From NCBI RefSeq assembly GCF_028641065.1, contig NC_073405.1, forward strand, positions 18,910,001 to 18,974,000: 64,000 bases of DNA, given 5' to 3'. Positions 11,421 to 24,127 of this stretch are shown here, piece by piece. The stretch comes from Leucoraja erinacea. Taxonomy: Eukaryota. The translations under genes were made by a program, and so were the position numbers. Under the pieces are notes generated by a model that made no database searches, had not been told where the DNA came from, and worked only from the letters and a program-made list of their open reading frames with translations. Positions within the stretch are counted from its first letter, which is position 1. Each line of letters starts with the position of its first letter.

Positions 11421-14369
11421 AGATCGGAATTGTTTAGAGTGTTGTATGACTATGATTCTAATCATACTGCAGTCCTTCTGACAAAGTGACTTCCACAGTG
11501 CTTTTGGATGTGGAGACCCAGTATTTAGACCTAGGAATGGAGAAGGATATATTACCAAGTCAAGCTGGTCCACAGCCTAAATGTAATGATTTTGTCCTTC
11601 TTAGAGTTCATCTGTCTGAGGCTGTTAGTGTTTGAGGAAAAATAGTAAGATTAAACGAGAACTTACCAGTTTGAAGTTTGATCTTTATTTTATGAGGAGT
11701 TACGATGAGGGATTACGTGAAGACCCCGTCCAGCACGCATGCGCGACATTCTTCAAAGCAGCGGTGGGAAGTCACAGACAACAGTCAATGAAATAAATAT
11801 AGTAAGATAAGAAGAACTAGAATACCAGTTGACCTTTATGATAGAGGGCGACAGCGGAGGGCACGTAATCCCTCATCGTAACTTCTCATAAAATAAAGAT
11901 CAAACTTCAAGCTGGTAAGTTCTCGTTTAATCTTACTATTTTACTTCGGAGTCACGTGAGATGGTCTGAAGTGATACCTTCTTTTGAGGGGAGATGTAAC
12001 TAACAATATTGCTAGTTCAGAGTCTCTAGACTCTAGTGATCTAACATTCTGGTGTAGTTGTGTGACTATACACAATCGAAGGTTCACGGGATATGTGAAC
12101 ATCTAGTTTGAGATTTGGTGCCCCTGGTCTATACTGCTTGACTAAGTTATAACATTAGTGTTATTTAGTCTGCAGATATAATCATCCTATCCAGTCAACG
12201 TTTATGTAATGACTGGACCCGTAGTGCTGCATGCAGGGCTATGAGCATAACCACTTATAAGTGAGTTAGTCCAAGGACAGGGATGTAGCTGGAGCACTTC
12301 AGCGAAGCGACGTAGCACAACATTAACACCCCATATCTCTGCGTCCCTAGGCCTGGGAGTTTTCGAGTTGCAGATTTTCTTCATAATCTAGAGCTCAGAG
12401 GGTGGCCCCCCCAGAGTGGATTCTACTCCTTTCAGCCAGTATCATGGAGCACTTAGGTATGGTAGATGGCACTTAAGACATCATGATTTGTCAAGCCCTC
12501 ATATGAGCCTGAACTACAAGACGTCAGTCATCCATGCCGAATATGTAATATAATTGTAAAACTAATACCTCCCATCTCCTTATGGGGAAATATTGATATT
12601 TTTTGGTGCTATCCTTGTGATCTGCAGCGAGCACGTTCATGGTTGGTTTAACAACCCCAGATGCAGGAATGGTCTTCTCAGTCTCTGTAATACAATGAAT
12701 TGATTATATCATGCTGAGGACAGTTTCCCACGTCACGGCTAGACCAATGCTTGTGTCTAGAATAACCATATATGGTTCTATCATTCCCCACATCAGTGGG
12801 AACCATGGCTGGCTAAGCCCGGCAGGCACTATAAAAATGCCTGAGGCGGGAACGTGCTGAATTTTGCAAACCCGTCTGTTGAGGCAGAAATGGAGAAAAA
12901 CATAAAATAACATTCCTCCTTAGTGTAGCTAGAATGTAACGAATGCTACCGATATGCCACAACCATGCCATAACAGACATTTGCCACCACCAAAGTGTAT
13001 CAACTTGGACTAGAGCATGCAGATAGGCATATTTACATAAACCTTTAATCCCCAGAATGCACCCAGTGTCTATAGGTAGTTGATACCATATAACTGAGGA
13101 ATTGGTAACTCTACCATCCACATCTGTAACTAGATGGCATGAGCAATTTCTCATCTTGAACAATAGCATCAGTTTGTAATTTAATTAAAGAGTTACTGAT
13201 TTAGTGGAATAGCATAGAGCTGGTAACAATGACCACATGGTACTTGAGTGCTTACTTCGTTTGCATGCTGTATAGTTGTGCAAACTAATTGTGCAAAGGC
13301 CTAAATAGCACAGCTGTAAGCCAATTATACTTGATGAACAGAAGGTTACTTGATCAGTATTGTTATGGGCTTCCATTAATTCCAATCCCTTACCTCAGGG
13401 CGTAGTCCCAGATGATTAAATAGAGTTAAAGGTAATCCCAATCACCAATAAGTTCAGTTGGTATCAACTTAAATTTATCTGGACAGATGAGAACCCAATT
13501 TCTCAAATGGGTTTTGTGACTGATACAGCTAACTTAGCAAAATACAGCATTTAATCTCATCCAGATAGTTCTTAACAATATTTTTAAAACTCTGAGCAGC
13601 CGAAGCACTCATTTTGTAAATAACCTGGGAACTGAAGTTAGCCTATTTTGCAATGTTTTAACTGTATCATTGCCCCATCCAGTTAAATTTCAGATATTTC
13701 CGGTGCCCTGTGAATTAAGCTGACCCCATGGGAATTAATAGTCACGAAGTTTCAATGTCTATACTGCACATGCGAGTTGGGCTTGTTGATAATAAACAGG
13801 CCTCATTTGTCATAATAGCGAGCCTGCCTAAAGAGGCAACTCCAGCCATATTCCTAGACTGTCTCGCTTGTACTGTGCAGTATAAACTATCTCTTCCAAC
13901 CTTCTTGTAAATGGTCCACAACCCCACGTTTCGGAAAGAACCAGACCCACCTACCGTCATGGCTACCGGTGGCTTTATGGTAAGCCCAAAAGGCCCCCGA
14001 TGTGGGTTCGATTTCCATCCTCGATTGGGTCGTAGGGCTGCTGATGTATGTGGACCCATGTCTTTCCAGGTGCATGGTAACTCCCAGCCGGCACCTGTTC
14101 CTCGGACATGCTTCGAATTCAGAGTCAGTTGCCAACTGACTCCTCACACTCACCTTTGCAGAAGGGAGTTTTGTAGGCAGCCCTGAAAAAGGGTGCTGCC
14201 ACGGACTCTGATATGGCCCTCCCTGGCCAATTAGGATGGGTAAAATGTCCGAGGACGAACCCATGTCGGAGGGGACCCTCCTGGCCTGACTTCAGTCTAG
14301 GCCTTTCAGTCTCCTGTTTTAGCTCTTACCCTCCTCGGGCAGCCGGAGTCTGAATTCGCCGCCGGCTAC

Positions 14370-14935
14370 CCGCTCTTCTGCAGTCCTAGCCGTGTCTTCC
14401 ACACGGTCCCCGTAGCTGCGGTGTCCCCCAAGCACGGATCTACCCGTGGTCTTCCACACGGTCCCCGTGGCTGAGGTTTCCCCCACGCACGGATCTACCC
14501 GCAGCTTTTGCACGGTCCCCGTAGCTGAGGTTTCCCCCACGCATGGTTCTACCCGTGTTCTTCGCAAGGTCCCTGTAGCTTGGTTATCCGCAGTCTTCCC
14601 GCGGTCCCTGAAACTGGGTTATCCGCGGTTTTCCCACGGTCCACGAGGCTGGGTTATCCCCAATCTTCCCACAGTCCCTGAAGCTGGGTTACCCGTGGTT
14701 TTCCCGTGGTCTCTGGTCGGATTATCCGTGGTTTTCCCGTGGTCTCTGAAGTCGGGTTCCTGCGGTCTTCCCGCGGTCTCCGAAGTGGGGTACCCACGAT
14801 CTTCCCCGTGGTTTCGGAGACCGGGTTACCCGTGGTCTTCCCCTGGTCCCGGAAGGCAGGTTACCTGCAGGCTTCTGAGGTTCCGTGCTCCCCACAGCCA
14901 GGCTTCTTCCTGCGGTCGGCATTCCCCACGGCCCT
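14370..14935. repeat. GC-rich degenerate tandem repeat inside the DIRS element (about 57-bp, then ~30-bp units)
   Basis: Repeated CACGGTCCCCGTAGCTGAGGTTTCCCCCACGC and GGTTATCCGCGGTTTTCCC units; the array resumes at 15640-15850 beyond the CR1 insert. Confidence 0.75.
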
Positions 14936-14997
14936 TGTAGTTGGGACCTAAAATGCTGGCGAAACTCAGCAGGTGCAGCAGCATCTATGGAACCTTG

Positions 14998-15634
14998 TAG
15001 CAAAAGGATTTGAGTATAGGAGCAGGGAAGTTCTACTGCAGTTGTACAGGGTCTTGGTGAGACCACACCTGGAGTATTGTGTACAGTTTTTGGTCTCCAA
15101 ATCTGAGGAAGGACATTATTGCCATAGAGGGAGTGCAGAGACGGTTCACCAGACTGATTCCTGGGATGTCAGGACTGTCTTATGAAGAAAGACTGGATAG
15201 ACTTGGTTTATACTCTCTAGAATTTAGGAGATTGAGAGGGGATCTTATAGAAACTTACAAAATTCTTAAGGGTTGGACAGGCTAGATGCAGGAAGATTGT
15301 TCCCAATGTTAGGGAAGTCCAGGACAAGGGGTCACAGCTTAAGGATAAGGGGGAAATCCTTTAAAACCGAGATGAGAAGATTTTTTTTCACACAGTGAGT
15401 GGTGAATCTCTGGAACTCTCTGCCACAGAGGGTAGTTGAGGCCAGTTCATTGGCTATATTTAAGAGGGAGTTAGATGTGGCCCTTGTGGCAAAGGGGATC
15501 AGGGGGTATGGAGAGAAGGCAGGTACGGGATACTGAGTTGGATGATCAGCCATGATCATATTGAATGGCGGTGCAGGCTCGAAGGGCCGAATGGCCTACT
15601 CCTGCACCTAATTTCTATGTTTCTATGTTTCTAT
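14998..15634 (+). mobile_element. Young 5'-truncated CR1 LINE nested in DIRS
   Basis: EVLLQLYRVLVRPHLEYCVQF...RRLRGDLIETYKIL, (TTTCTATG)n tail, and a 14-bp target-site-like duplication at 14984-14997 / 15630-15643. Confidence 0.92.
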
Positions 15635-16567
15635 GGATCCTTGCGGTGTCGGGAGCCGGGATTTCCCCTTTGAATGCTACCTCGGTTTGGGGCTTCCCCC
15701 GAGCCAGCGTGGCTTAGTAAACGGGGTTTCCCCGCGATTCTGTGGTCGACTTCGGATATCCCCTCGGTCCCTGATAAAGGGCTTCCCCGCGATTTTGTGG
15801 TCGGCTCACCCCGAGCCGGGTGGCGCTGGGGTTCCGACCTCGGACCCTCTGAACGCTTCTTGCAGTAAAAAAGAGACCTGAAAAAGTTAAAATACTTACC
15901 TTCAGGTCCGAGCTGTTGGAAGCAGCGCTCCAACAGCCTGTCATTTGCGCAATGCGAGAGACGATATGACGCGCATGCGTGCTGGACGGGGTCTTCACGT
16001 AGTCACTCACGTGACTCCGAAGTAAAATAGTGCTATCATTGCATAACATGATTTCCATGAACATATAACATTTAATTCCCAAACATAAAAGCCTGAAAAC
16101 ATAGGACCGAGATCAGATCTAATGAACCAAGTAAGAACCAATGTAAAAGACTATGCAACAAAAAAAAAATAGACACAAAAATCATTTAAATGTAAAATTG
16201 CTGCTACCACCAGGAAGGAGAATGCAAGGTCTCCAATATCTGCCATGATTCAGAAAGCACACGTTTAGTCAATTTCTTAAAGCTTTATATTCAAGATTCA
16301 AGATTCAAGAGAGTTTATTGTCATGTATCCCAGATAAGAAAATGAAATTCTTGCTTTGCTTCTGCACCACAGAATATAGAAGGCATGAATAGAGGAAAAT
16401 ATATATATATATATATATATATGTATAGAGGAAAGTCAATGATAAACATGCATTCTAAATATTTTGTACATCGAATTTCTGAGTATCATTGAGTGTGATT
16501 TCAGGAACTGATATGTTATCCCACTTTTAAAAGAAGGCAGAGAGATCATAGTACAGAAGGTGAAAAT

Positions 16568-16700
16568 GTATAGGGAGGAACTGCAGATGCTGGTTTACTG
16601 CGAAGATAGACACAAACAGCTGGAGTAACTCAGTGGGTCAGACAGTATCTCTGGGGAAAGGAATAGGTGACATTTCGGGTCAAGACCCTTCTTCAGACAA
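16568..16700 (-). mobile_element. Penelope-like pLTR fragment
   Basis: ...GGTGACATTTCGGGTCAAGACCCTTCTTCAGAC. Confidence 0.75.
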
Positions 16701-17811
16701 TGCAAACAACATTTGTGTACCTTTCGGGTCCCCCCCCCCCCCAATCTCCCTTCTGTTTTTTGTTTTTTTCTGTTTCTTGTTTTTTGTGCTAAATTGTATG
16801 TATGCACTGAGTACGAGCAGCTTTCAGTTTCACTGTACATGTATAGTGACAATAAATGGCATATCTATCTATGGTGTTATACAAAGGGCAAAAGACAGAG
16901 TTTCTAATTCCCTGGTCAACAAACCTCCATCAAACTGCACACCAGTTACCAAGGGGTACTGGCCAATACTGATTGTGCTAACACAGACCAATATAACACT
17001 GCACCTTTCCCAAAGAAGATTATTATGTGAATCGTACTAAATCATAGGAATATAATGAACATATTGGGTTTTTTTCACTCTGGAATTGCTGAGAAAGTAA
17101 GAGAAATTCTCAGCCCATCCTAACCAGGTGCCACCGAACCTGTTAGACAGAGGCAGCTCCTGCAGACAGAGTGATGTAGCATCTGCACAAATCAAACATC
17201 TTTCTAAAAGCTTTTAGACAGCACTGGTTCCTGACAGCTGTAATTACATCTGACACTCTCTCCTTATTATGTTTGACTCATTTGTTTTAAAAGAATTACA
17301 CATTCCTTAAGCATTGATATGAAATGCTGACAAATGAGACAGACATACAAATCGTTACTTCTGTCAAGGTATGATAATAGTCATTTTGACTAAACCTCAA
17401 CCCCTCTTCACTTCCTGGAAGTCTAGTCTGAGAGGTCCTGAATGCATTGGGATTGACTGGTCCCACCCAGGGAAACCCCCAAAATGCACAACTAGCTCAT
17501 TTCAAAGTTAGAGTACATCTTTCTGCATTGAATCTTTGTCATTTCTAGTGAGCCAACTTGACAGTGTCATTCTATGTACAGTACGTCCGTGTTATCCTCT
17601 GATAGCTTGCTCCATGCATTCATCACATGTTTGAGAAAAATAACTAACTTTAAACATGATTCATCTTCAGCTTAGATGCGTGAGGTGCTGCTGCACAGGT
17701 TTTATGCTTGGGTTAAATAACTTTTAGAATTACAAGTTTAACAGCCGAGTAAGAGCAGAGCACAGAAGATACAGCTCCAAGAGCAACAGGCAGCCCATTG
17801 CACAAATGGAT

Positions 17812-18217
17812 AGGGTGATTTCACGAAAGGTCACTGGAGCGTAGATCCGCATCTACGTGACCGAAAATCTCAAGTGGAGGATATGCTAGACATCCGGTAC
17901 ATGTTAGTGGATGGGAAAACACGCACTTTCCCACATTAAAAACATAGAAAACGGCCAGGTTTTGATCTGCAATTTATTGTGCCAGTCGGGGTGACCGTGT
18001 GGCACAGCTACCTAGATTTACAGTAAAAAAAAAGATAGAAACTAAGGTAAATTAAAGAGGGAGCTGAAGGTGCCAATCCAGCGGAAGTGAACAGCGGACA
18101 TTTGCCGTGGAGATTTAAAGGTCCAAAATATCGGGAATTATCGCGTTAGCTCGCTGAATTTCATCAAAAGTAAGGCATTATTGACTTACTTTTGATGAAA
18201 TTCAGCGAGCAAACGCG
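17812..18217. mobile_element. Probable DNA-transposon end fragment terminating in a fold-back hairpin
   Basis: Abrupt CpG-rich block beginning AGGGTGATTTCACG and ending in a 33-bp inverted repeat; family not recognised. Confidence 0.4.
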
Positions 18218-18218
18218 G

Positions 18219-18660
18219 TGTTGAGCCTTGTCAGGGTAAATGTTTCTAAGTTGGCTTCCTTTCAAAGTCCGTTTTGAATACAATGTATTCAGCTGTTGTA
18301 TCATTTGGTTAGGGGAATGCCTGTTATGTATGGGGTTAATCGATATCTGTAATTAGGTTATTAAAAGACCACCCCCGTGTGATTCGGCCCCTCGAGTTCC
18401 CGGGACATATAAAAGTCTGCAACCACGAGGCTCAGTGTCGATCTTCTGGGAGAGCGCTTTGGACTGCGTAAACTTCTGGAGTGTCTCTGTCTGAGCAAAG
18501 CCTAGAAGGCTTGAACATGCAGACACGAGGATCTAACCTGCGGTGGGATAGGTAAGAAGTTGAACTAACGAGCTTTTGGTATAATAAAGATTAGTTGTTT
18601 CAAGTGCTTGGTTCAGTGTTTTTACTGAAACTAGACTGGGGGGGAGCTTAGAAACGAACA
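18219..18660 (+). mobile_element. Solo LTR (442 bp)
   Basis: TGTT...AACA termini, TATAAAA at 18408, AATAAA at 18583, and a homologous copy at 27031-27608. No TSD visible. Confidence 0.75.
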
Positions 18661-20609
18661 ATTTGCACTGGATACGGCCACAGTAGCATTTCACTCTGGA
18701 ATAATTGATCTCCGTACAAGGAATGCTGGAAAAAAAACCCAGTGCTGAAAGACTGCCTTTTTTGGCAAATGGACTTGCCTTAGAAACTTGCACTTTATAC
18801 GAGTTTTGCAGCCAGTTTGTCTGCACCCTATGCTGATATCTTTACAGTGGGATTTTCTTTGTGTCTTAATGATAAATGGTTGCATTCTGTTTCAAGCAAT
18901 GCACAAGTTAATAATTAAATATAGATTCAATGTCTAAGGCAGCATAGGACTTGGAAATTATAGGATCGACCATCCAGAAAAAGACTGTTTTAGGACAAGG
19001 GCATGATACTACTCAGATATCAAAAGACAATGTATCTTGTGATTAGACTTCCATGCAACTGGGGAGGCTAGGGAACAGAGAGCCATGGGACTAAAGGAAT
19101 GTTGGAAATCGGAAATGAAATTTGAAAAAACTGGTAACAACATAAGAATAACACATTTCCGCAGTTGGGTGTCATGTATTTAAGGCATGAAAGGGATTAA
19201 CACATCATGGGATTAGCATTCAAGATATCATGAGATTACAGAACCTTACACTTGGACATTAAGTGCTTAGATGTCCGTTAGGAGATGTTGTCAACTGGCC
19301 AATTCCAGACTGCAGGAGTATGTTCTGAGGGACACACTGAAGCTTGGTGCAGCCAACACAAAGACTCTGGTGGAGGAGCATTGTCTAGGGTCCTTACGCT
19401 GCTGGATATTGAGGGACAGAGTCAGGTGTTAGACAGGTACATGGATAGGACAGCTTTGCAGGGATTTGGGCCAAAGGCAGGTAGTTGGGACTAGCGTAGA
19501 TGGGACATGTTGCTCATTGTGGGCAAGTTCTGCTGAAGGACTTGCTTCCACACTGTATGACTCTATGACCCCTCAAAGAAGATAATGGATTTCACCCCAG
19601 GAGGCCACATGAGCAGCAAGGATGTTTTGTCTAAAAACAGATGTTAACACTGAGTAAGACACTGAACACTGAGAATGTATGAACATTATTTGGCACAGTT
19701 TTTATTTTATATATACATTTTATTCTGAATACAGCTTACTATTAGAAAAAAAAGACATCATCGAGTCTGGACATGGATATCATTGTATTGGAATAAACAG
19801 TCCTGTAACATCGCAGAGTGTGATGGCTTCATCACCTGCATTCTTTCAAAGCAAATGCATAATATTGTTCCTGCATTCCCGACCCTCCTTTCAGTGTTAT
19901 TTTTTGTTGCAAAGGAGGAAAGTCAATTTTTTAGGAAAAAGAAATGAAAACCGAGCAACAGAAGTTGAGAAATGTACTCTTGTGTCCAGTACAAAGTGGT
20001 GCAAGAAAATGATTATTGTTAGCTTCATAGTTACTGAAACTCCAGTCGCATTTGTGGAACCAACTCTGCATCAATATTTCATATTGTTGCAGACCAAATT
20101 TCTCGAGGTTTTGACAAACGTTTGATGCCTTAAAACAATTTGCTTTTTGAGGAATTCACACCAGGGGAATTCTTAAATTGGATACTTTTTCTAAGTGTGG
20201 GCTTGTTGTGTTTTTCTTTTAGTTAAATATTTACAAGATAGACTCAGTAAAAGGAAAGGCGAACTGACAAGTTAGAGATACAGTAAGTGTTTCATGTAGA
20301 ATATAGATGCAGGACTGGAGGAAAGGTAGTGAAGGCAGATTTTATGAACAAACAGTGTGAGTATTTATAGTTGGTTCTTTTTGTGGTTATATGCGATCAC
20401 GGAGCCTGCAACCCTGGTAACAGTGCAGGCATTCTGACCTCCGAAGTCAATGCCTACTATGTTCTGTTGTGCTGAAGCAAAGCAAGAATTTCATTGTCCT
20501 ATCAGGGACTCATGATAATAACTCACTTGAACTTGACTTAACTTGAATGAGTAGTTGTGAGTTCAAGCCCTTATTCCAAAGGTAGAAACAAAGAAAAAGC
20601 AGACAAAAT

Positions 20610-20840
20610 GTGTAGGAAGGAACTGCAGATGCTGGTTTAAACCGATGATAGACACAACATGCTGGAGTAACTCAGTGGGACAGGCAGCATCTCTGGAGAG
20701 AAGGAATGGGTGACGTTTCGGGTCGAAACCCTTCTTCTTCCGTCTCAAGTAGGGACTCAACCCGAAACTTCACCTATTCATTCTCTCCAGAGATGCTGCC
20801 TGGCCCGCTGAGTGACCCCGGAATTTTGAGTCAATCTTCA
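20610..20840. mobile_element. Head-to-head inverted pair of Penelope-like pLTR fragments
   Basis: Minus-strand copy at 20610-20740 and plus-strand copy at 20750-20840. Confidence 0.75.
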
Positions 20841-21689
20841 AAGAAAAAAACAGATGCTGCTTAATATGCAAATGGACACAAAGTATTGAAGTAACTCAGG
20901 GGGTCAGGCAGCATCTCTGGAGAATATGGTCTGAGCCCTTTTGTGCCCTTTTTAAAAAACTTTTTGTGTTAAGGGATGGTTTCCTTTTATTCTTCTCAGC
21001 TCTGGCCATCTGGTTGCAACGGTTGAAGAAAGTAAGCGTAATAACTGGCTGCGACTGACAACTTGCAATTAAAATTACAGAGGCAGTAATTAAATATTGG
21101 ACTGAGGTTGAGCTGCCTAGAGATCAGATGGGTTGGCATCCACTACATGTGCAATCACACATAGAAGCAACTTAACCAAGACTAGATCACACTCGCGATC
21201 ATTGCTGAGGGAAATAGCACCAATGGGAAGTTGGACTGAGTTTAATAGGCATGATTCTTGTTGAAGCTTTTAACCTTTTGCCAACATTTGCTTCTGCCAT
21301 TCTCAACCATAAATGGAAGCTCTTGGATGTAAACGATGATCTTCAATAAATTGTATCAGTTCAGTAGTTAGTACAAGATACCACTTGGCTGCTTATTCTG
21401 CTCTTTAACAGGGAGACCTGACCAATCAGATGTACAAATGACGGCAATCTGCTCAACCACCTTCTGAAGTTTATGGTGTGGGCTATGCCAATGGAATCTG
21501 CTTTCTCAGGTATGTGACAGTTGACAGATTCACTCACTCATCGCTACAGCACTACATTACTATAAGAGTCAGCACAGCCAGGTAGGGTAGATCAGTGATC
21601 TTGCAGCAGGAAACAAAGGGGGGTCAATCTTTGAAGGGTCCATTTCTATAAGGTCTTCAGAAGCACCACCTGGCTGTCTAATGAACAAT

Positions 21690-21990
21690 GCATACGTAGG
21701 TTTAAGATGTCCAAGGCTGTATTTACAGAGATAGGGAAATTCCACAGCATTGTCAGGTCTGGACCACCCTTTCCAGCAGTCAAGGTAATTTTAACAGTCA
21801 CAGGATCCTTCCCAATGGTTGATTCAGATCTCTGCTGTATCTCACAATTTGCTGCACACCATAGCATCAGAGTTGTCACCCAGGCCCTGAATTCAGGAGG
21901 AGAAATGCCATTAACTTTCGCTTTAGTGAGGACACCTCTGGCATCTCGGGCACTGGCACCGGCACTTCTTGCCACTGTGGTCTGCCCAGA
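21690..21990 (-). mobile_element. Possible ancient L1/Tx1 ORF2 C-terminal remnant
   Basis: ARGVLTKAKVNGISPPEFRAWVTTLMLWCAANCE loosely resembles the ARxxIxxxWKxxxPPxxxxWxxxL motif of non-mammalian L1s. Confidence 0.3.
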
Positions 21991-22009
21991 GTGCAATAGA
22001 AATTCACAT

Positions 22010-22500
22010 CACTGGTATCTCTGCAAGTGCTCCAATTCCCACACTGACATTTTTGTCCTGGGCCTCCTCCACTGTCAGAGTGAGGCCAAACACAAATTGG
22101 TACAACAACACAGCTTACAACCAGGGGTTATGAGTATTGATTTTTCTAATTTGAAGTGACCCCTACATTCCCTCTCTCTCCATCCTTCCCCCTCCATAGT
22201 CATCCTACGAGTTTCACAGTCGTCCTACTTAATTTCACTGTTTGTATCCACCCATTATCACCTTCTGCACATCCAACAATGGACCATTGTGGGCTCCAGC
22301 ATTCCTTGAGCATATTGCTGGGTTTGGTTTGTTCTTTTCATACCTTTCATTCACGTTCTTTGTACCTTTTCATATCTCTAGTTTCCCTCTCCCCGACTCT
22401 CAGTTTGAAAAAGGGTCTTGAGCCGAAACGTCACCTATTATTTTTCTCCAGAGATGTTGTCTGACCCGCTGAGTTACTCCAGCATGTGTGTCTATCTTCC
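22010..22500 (+). mobile_element. Penelope-like element 3' end (GIY-YIG C-terminus plus pLTR)
   Basis: SHTDIFVLGLLHCQSEAKHKL..Q..LQPG.MSIDFSNLK* (PLE endonuclease tail), then pLTR with a decayed hammerhead motif at ~22403-22433. Confidence 0.85.
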
Positions 22501-22859
22501 CATTCATGACTTTGTTTTTAGGTTTATTATTATCGTCACCTGTACTTTAAACTGTTTGTTAACAGGAAAGGTTTACACTCTCAAAAGTTTGTAGTGGTTG
22601 TTGATACAATTAGAAAGAATAAGAAAGACATATGCCATAGAAGGAGGAAGATATATGATATAGTCCTTCAGTCAAAGAAGAGCTCCCAGCTTATCCAATC
22701 TTTCAGCACAAGACCAGTCCCTCTGCAAATCCTGGTTCTCCAAGTACACATCAAAGTACATTTAAAATATAATGAGAGTCCCTGCCTCTTCTGTCCTTTA
22801 TCAAACCCAGAAAATAAAAATTAAAGAAAAGGTAGCTTTAAGATGAAGTGAAGATGGTC

Positions 22860-23497
22860 ATAAAGTCATAAGTGATAGGAATAGAATTAGGCCATTCGGT
22901 CCATCAAGTCTACCCCACCATTCAATCATGGCTGATCTATCTCTCCATCCTAACTCCATTCTCCTACCTTCTCCCCATAGCCTCTGACACCTGTACTAAT
23001 CAAGAATCCATCTACCTCTGCCTTACAAATATCCATCGACTTGGCTTCCACAGCCTTCTGTGGCAAAGAATTCCATAGATTCCCCACCCTCTGACTAATG
23101 AAATTTATCCTCATCTTCCTAAAGGAACATCCTTTAATTCTAAGGCTATGACCTCTAGTCCTATACTATACCACTAGTGGAAACATCCTCTCCGCATCCA
23201 CTCTATCCAAGCCTTTCACTATTCTGTATGTTTCAATGAGGTCCCCCCCCCCCTCATTCTTCTCAACTCCACTGAGTACAGGTACAATGCAGACAAACGC
23301 TCAACATAGTTTAACCTACTCATTCCTGGGATCATTCTTGTAAACCTCCTCTGGATGCTCTCCAGAGCCAGCACATCCTTCCTCGGATATGGTGCCCAAA
23401 ATTGCGCACAATATGCCCAATACGGCCTTACCAGCACCTTATAGAGCGACAACATTACATCCCTGTTATTGCTTACAAGCCCTCTTGAAATAATGCT
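22860..23497 (-). mobile_element. CR1 LINE 3' end
   Basis: LYKVLVRPYWAYCAQFWAPY.RKDVLALESIQRRFTRMIPGM and a CR1 3' UTR. Confidence 0.9.
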
Positions 23498-24127
23498 AGA
23501 GAAATGTGGTGAAAGAGAGAGAGAGATAGAACAAAGGGAATATCTGTGCCTGGGTAAGAGGTGGGGGTCCTCTCGTCAAGTGGATGAATGGGATAATGAT
23601 AATACAGGCAAATAAATGCAATTGCTGCTGGTAGCAAGGCTGCAGTATATGCTGGGCATGTTTCTCTTTCGGATGCTTTCTCTGCTGCATGATTGCATCA
23701 TTATGTTTTTATTTCAGATTTCTAGCATTGAAAGGTTTTTATTTTGTGATTTTAATTTACTGCCAAGGGCATCAGCAAGGGAGGTATCTCCACATGCCAA
23801 TGTTAAATAAAACTCAAAGCTCCAAATTGACTGTGAGCACATTGGAATGAGTAGAAGCCTCCTGGGCAGTGTGACTGCCTGCAGGTGTTCCCATTTTACA
23901 GGAGTTGCTACAGGGCATAAAGGCCTGATTATTTTTGAGAAAGGCAAACAGGGGCTCCACTTTATAGAGAGATACAGCACTGATGGAAGCCAGTCGGCCT
24001 ATCAAGCCCACGCCGACCATCAACCACCCATTCACACTGATCCCCACATCCTCATCAAATCCCCAAGGTTCTACCCCTCACCTACACACAGGTGCAACTT
24101 AGAGTGGCCAATTTAAGTACCAATTTA

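Larger units (their letters stand above)
11639..16031 (-). mobile_element. DIRS1-like tyrosine-recombinase retrotransposon with intact termini and decayed ORFs
   Basis: Perfect 32-bp inverted repeat at 11714-11745 / 15970-16001. The ICR at 11862-11960 is complementary to both outer ends. Minus-strand remnants: RT (RLTSVPRLFTK ~13620-13650), MT region (SGIFIVP..SQPWFP ~12800) and YR (HPL..MK..NS..PRPR..IWGVNVVL ~12310-12410). Confidence 0.9.

Noticed and set aside
15875-15900. GTAAGT...TTTTCAG pair in the DIRS 5' region
   Set aside because: About 22 nt apart, too short for a spliceosomal intron.
19679-20128. 148-aa plus-strand ORF, or a minus-strand terminal exon with AATAAA signals near 19700-19725
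   Set aside because: No recognisable protein in any frame, weak splice acceptor and no partner exons.
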